Shown here piece after piece: positions 60,345 to 64,000 of a DNA stretch of 64,000 bases. The DNA is from a bacterium (GTDB lineage Bacteria; Zhuqueibacterota; Zhuqueibacteria; Residuimicrobiales; Krinioviventaceae), in contig CAXXMD010000003.1 in the NCBI GenBank assembly GCA_963675755.2, forward strand, positions 2,080,001 to 2,144,000, written 5' to 3'. The notes beneath the pieces were generated by a model. It worked only from the letters and a program-made list of their open reading frames with translations. It had not been told where the DNA came from and did not search any database. Made by a program: the position numbers and the translations under genes. Position 1 is the first letter of the stretch, and every line of letters starts with the position of its first letter.

Positions 60345-61388
60345 TTAATCAATCATAACCGCACCGGATGGAAATTTCTGCCAGGTTCTTGTTGGCCCGT
60401 TAATATGCAGTACTCCATTTTCAAAATACATCCGGTCAAGATTGGGCGTGCGGTTACCGGATGGATTTGCCGGATCCGTATGGGTGTGATAGATGATAAA
60501 CATTTCTGATCCATCGGGGGAAACGGTTATACTATTATGGCCGGGGCCTGAAGCGCCTATGTCAAGATTGGATACGAGCACAGGATTTTGTTCATATTTT
60601 TTCCAGGGACCGGTAGGCGAGTTGGATGTAGCATAACCGATGGCGTAATCGGGACTGGCAAAGTAATTTGCTGAATACATGAGGAAATACACTCCATCAT
60701 GTTTTAATACAAAGGGGCCTTCGTTCCATTGCCATTCCGCATCCGGATGTTCCCATTCCTGAGATGGGGTGATACACAATGTGGGTTCTCCAACAGGTTT
60801 AAGATTCTCTTTTGACATTTTTTGTACCCAGATTTGACTAACATGATTACCATTGATTATGTTGTCTGAACAATCCAAAGAGTAATATAGATAGGGGGTG
60901 CCATCGTCATCAAAGAAAAAGTGACCGTCAATACAGCTCTGTTCATTTTGAATCAGGGGGGTGTATAGATCGTCAAATGGGCCCAGCGGATCATGACTGA
61001 CAGCAAGGCACAGTTTCAGTTTGTCATCTTTTTTGTCGCGTGCACTGTAGGTCATGTAATATTTGTCATTATAAAAAACGACTTCGGGAGCCCAGAATGC
61101 CTCGTCTGCCCATTGATTGTCTTGCGATAGTATGTCATACGCCAAACCGGCTTCAATCCATTGCATCAGATTGGTTGATACAAAAACTTTGAATCCACGG
61201 GTTTGCACAGAGGTGCAGTACATATAATACAAATCACCCTGTTTCATAACAAAGGGATCACCGATATGGGTTATAGTACCCATAGGATTTCTATATTTTG
61301 TACCCCTTTGAGAAAATCCGCTGGTAGTGAAAAGCAATAAAAGAAAAACAGTAATTGTAATTTTTAATGTGTTTTCAGCTTTACTCAT
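60345..61388 (-). CDS. glycoside hydrolase family 43
   Basis: GDPFV, WAPEV, IDGH, NEGP, YSAN and GPGHNS motifs. Confidence 0.92.
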   Translation of the reverse strand: MSKAENTLKITITVFLLLLFTTSGFSQRGTKYRNPMGTITHIGDPFVMKQGDLYYMYCTSVQTRGFKVFVSTNLMQWIEAGLAYDILSQDNQWADEAFWAPEVVFYNDKYYMTYSARDKKDDKLKLCLAVSHDPLGPFDDLYTPLIQNEQSCIDGHFFFDDDGTPYLYYSLDCSDNIINGNHVSQIWVQKMSKENLKPVGEPTLCITPSQEWEHPDAEWQWNEGPFVLKHDGVYFLMYSANYFASPDYAIGYATSNSPTGPWKKYEQNPVLVSNLDIGASGPGHNSITVSPDGSEMFIIYHTHTDPANPSGNRTPNLDRMYFENGVLHINGPTRTWQKFPSGAVMID

Positions 61389-61444
61389 TTCCCGACCTCT
61401 TTCGTTACTGCTCTATATTTATTATTTATTTTTTAATGCATGAA

Positions 61445-62644
61445 TCAATCAAAAGTTTCTATGGTAATGGGCTCACCAATTGTTTTGTACATATTGTCAA
61501 TAGTTTCTCGTGTTGTGTTGATTCCGTCAAGAATCCAGAAACGATAATTGAGTTTTAATGGATCTTCGGGTACCAGGTCAAACGGAATGTATTCACCAAA
61601 CCTTCCATACAGGCGTTCTGAAAAATCAGCGGGTCCGGGATTAGAAGGCGCAGACATGTAAACCACCGTATATGCTTGTGAATCTACAGCATACTGTAAA
61701 GCATTCCAGGGCAGATCTACATGACTTTCATCATTGATTTCCTGATCTGCCGGGAGCTGGTCCCAGCCTTGCGGGCGAAGGTAGCGTGTATCCTGCTTGT
61801 GGTCAGCAACATATTGTGCGGCGCGGAACTGAACTCCCGCATGCTGCCGGTCACCTCCGAGTTTTACCAGACCGTCGAGTGATTCTAGAGAAGATTCAAA
61901 ATCAATCAAGGTTGATCCGTCTTGTGTTTTAAAAGCTCGAACTGTGCGGACTTCGGTCATAATGGTTTCGTTGTTGCGGGTTATCCAGTCAATGCTTAAA
62001 GAATGGCCGCCAAAGACAGGACCTACACTGTAACTGATAAATGACTGGTGTTCCGTATAATCTCCATCAAGCGAAGCCCAGAGATTGTACAAACTGTCAC
62101 CAATGCTGACATTGCGATACCCAAAAAAGATACCACGATGATGCGGGTAGAGTCCGCCTTCTCCTTTGGTGATCAATTGAGAGCCATCCGGCGAGTATAC
62201 CTGGTGATAAGGTTTTTGATTTACATCCGGATTTTGTGGATCAAAAGCTTTGTAAACATATTCCATAACCGGTGTATCTTTATACATCAATTTTGCGGTA
62301 CCGTTTTCATCGTCAACCCACTGATACCGTGTGTCGGCACAAGATTTGCCGATAAAGATGGTCCAGTTTTGGGTTTCACCCGCTTTCATTGCAGGCTGCA
62401 TCCACCAGACTCTGGCAAAACCGCCACCAATATTCTCCAACTGTCCCGGTATTTTACTTTTTCCATCAGACAAGCAGACCGGTAAATTGGGAGTAACGGC
62501 CGGCAACAAAACATCTGTATACATGGGTGACTCGGGCCGATCGACATTACCGGCATTGAGCTTGATCTCGTGTTGAGATTGGTAGGAGGAACAAGAAAAA
62601 AACATTACTGCTATCATGACAAGTAGATATTTAAAATTTTTCAC
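61445..62644 (-). CDS. DUF6807 / 'PmoA family' lipoprotein
   Basis: GTG start after GAGGAG; lipobox FFSC; KPYH.V.SP.G and HHRGIF motifs. Confidence 0.65.
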   Translation of the reverse strand: MKNFKYLLVMIAVMFFSCSSYQSQHEIKLNAGNVDRPESPMYTDVLLPAVTPNLPVCLSDGKSKIPGQLENIGGGFARVWWMQPAMKAGETQNWTIFIGKSCADTRYQWVDDENGTAKLMYKDTPVMEYVYKAFDPQNPDVNQKPYHQVYSPDGSQLITKGEGGLYPHHRGIFFGYRNVSIGDSLYNLWASLDGDYTEHQSFISYSVGPVFGGHSLSIDWITRNNETIMTEVRTVRAFKTQDGSTLIDFESSLESLDGLVKLGGDRQHAGVQFRAAQYVADHKQDTRYLRPQGWDQLPADQEINDESHVDLPWNALQYAVDSQAYTVVYMSAPSNPGPADFSERLYGRFGEYIPFDLVPEDPLKLNYRFWILDGINTTRETIDNMYKTIGEPITIETFD

Positions 62645-62655
62645 AAAGTATCTCC

Positions 62656-63738
62656 TCAATTTACAGGTTTATTGATAATGCCGCCACCATAGAGTTGGTC
62701 ATTAATGTAAAGGACTACAGACTGCCCCGGTGTTACCGATGCGCGGGGCTGCTCAAATTGTATTTCAAAGCTTTCAGCATTGCAATTGATAATTGTTGCC
62801 GGAAATCCGGGATCGTTATAGCGAATATGGGCAATCACCTGGGTGCCGGGCTCGGGAGTTTTGACACTGATCCAGTTTGCATCTGTAGCAGTCAGACCGG
62901 CGGACAGCAGGTCTTTTTTATCGCCAACACGAATAGTATTGTTTTCAGCGTTAATTTCAGTCACATAGATTGGGCGTCCAACGGCTATGCCTAACCCTTT
63001 ACGTTGCCCGATAGTATAAAAAGGATAGCCTTTGTGTTGGCCCAGCACATTATTGTCCATATCTAAAATATTACCTTCAGAAATGGTACGTCCCTTTGCA
63101 GCCAGCTCTTCATTTAAGAATCGTTTGTAATCATCATCTTCAATAAAGCAGATTTCCTGACTTTCCTGTTTATCAGAGATGACCAGGCCGGCTTTTGCGG
63201 CAAGTTCACGAACCTCTGGTTTTGTTAAGCCACTCAAAGGGAATCGGGTGTTTTTAAGCTGCTCCTGTGACAATGCCCAAAGCGCATAAGACTGGTCTTT
63301 GTGTTGATGTGCTGCTTTGGAAAGAATGTATCTTTTGTTATCGGGATTAAACGTAATGCGGCAATAATGTCCTGTGGCAAAAGCGTCTGCACCCAATTCC
63401 AGTGATTTTTCTAAAATATGGCCCCATTTGATGCGGGGATTACAACGCACGCAGGGATTGGGGGTTCTTCCTGCCATATATTCATTGATAAAATCATCGA
63501 TAACATTTTGTCTGAATTCTTTTTTTATTTCAATGACATGGTGGTCTAAACCCAGGGTGTGACACACTTTTTGTGCATCCTCAACAGCTTGCTTGTCGCG
63601 ATGACATTGAGAATCGTAATGGACCATGGTGATGCCAAAAACGGAATGGCCCTGTTCGCTCAAGAGCACTGCCGCTACCGAGCTGTCAACGCCACCGCTC
63701 ATTGCAATGGCAATTTTTTCTTTTTTTGAATTATTCAT
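62656..63738 (-). CDS. mnmA: tRNA-specific 2-thiouridylase
   Basis: AMSGGVDS, GRTPNPC, ATGHY, KDQSY, ESQEICF, TIGQRKG and TPGQ motifs. Confidence 0.96.
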   Translation of the reverse strand: MNNSKKEKIAIAMSGGVDSSVAAVLLSEQGHSVFGITMVHYDSQCHRDKQAVEDAQKVCHTLGLDHHVIEIKKEFRQNVIDDFINEYMAGRTPNPCVRCNPRIKWGHILEKSLELGADAFATGHYCRITFNPDNKRYILSKAAHQHKDQSYALWALSQEQLKNTRFPLSGLTKPEVRELAAKAGLVISDKQESQEICFIEDDDYKRFLNEELAAKGRTISEGNILDMDNNVLGQHKGYPFYTIGQRKGLGIAVGRPIYVTEINAENNTIRVGDKKDLLSAGLTATDANWISVKTPEPGTQVIAHIRYNDPGFPATIINCNAESFEIQFEQPRASVTPGQSVVLYINDQLYGGGIINKPVN

Positions 63739-63739
63739 A

Positions 63740-64000
63740 TTATACTGCTTCTTGTGATTCTGCAATATTTAATGTAAAACTAAAGGTAGATCCTTTTTCT
63801 TCCACACTGGTGACTTTGATAACACTTGAATGTGCCTCAACAATATGCTTAACAATTGCCAGTCCTAAACCCGTACCACCCACATCACGAGATCTTTCCT
63901 TATCTACCCGATAAAATCGTTCAAATATTCTGGATAAATGTTCCTGCGCAATACCGCGCCCAGTATCAGAAACGAATATTTTTACCTTGTCATCCTGAAC
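63740..64000 (-). CDS. PhoR-like sensor histidine kinase, C-terminal fragment (truncated by the window edge)
   Basis: The minus frame from 64000 reads VSDTGRGI...[33 protein letters not shown]; TAA at 63740-63742. Confidence 0.9.
   Translation of the reverse strand, partial: VQDDKVKIFVSDTGRGIAQEHLSRIFERFYRVDKERSRDVGGTGLGLAIVKHIVEAHSSVIKVTSVEEKGSTFSFTLNIAESQEAV

Noticed and set aside
1-64000. Numerous 60-190 aa ORFs overlapping the main genes; selenocysteine or stop-codon recoding
   Set aside because: These are shadow or out-of-frame ORFs without family motifs. The recognised proteins appear full-length at their standard stops.

Overview
A 64 kb, gene-dense chromosomal segment from an AT-rich, probably anaerobic FCB-group bacterium. 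A C-terminal 'LLQNYPNPFNP' domain suggests a KSB1/Calditrichota/Ignavibacteria-like organism (inference). It carries carbohydrate-active genes (AGE epimerase, PfkB-HAD fusion, esterase, BNR/sialidase-like, GH78, GH43), MerR and LytS/LytTR regulators, two Tat-signal nitroreductases, an RND pump, nrdDG with NrdR boxes, dcd, feoAB-CDF and mnmA. The most notable part is a nitrogen-assimilation cluster: a NifA-like GAF-AAA-HTH activator divergent from glnK-amtB, then a TorF-like porin and GS III. It has sigma54 promoters preceded by paired CTAC-N6-GTAG-like boxes 29-30 bp apart, a PII lacking Tyr51, and a structured, terminator-containing region before glnA. Intergenic DNA holds several unnamed repeat families: a 283-bp-period composite array interrupted by an orphan lipoprotein gene, two inverted copies of a MITE-like element, and orientation-biased GATT ladders with ~9-nt spacing. 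I saw no rRNA, tRNA, CRISPR array or transposase. All calls come from motif recognition only; no searches were run.
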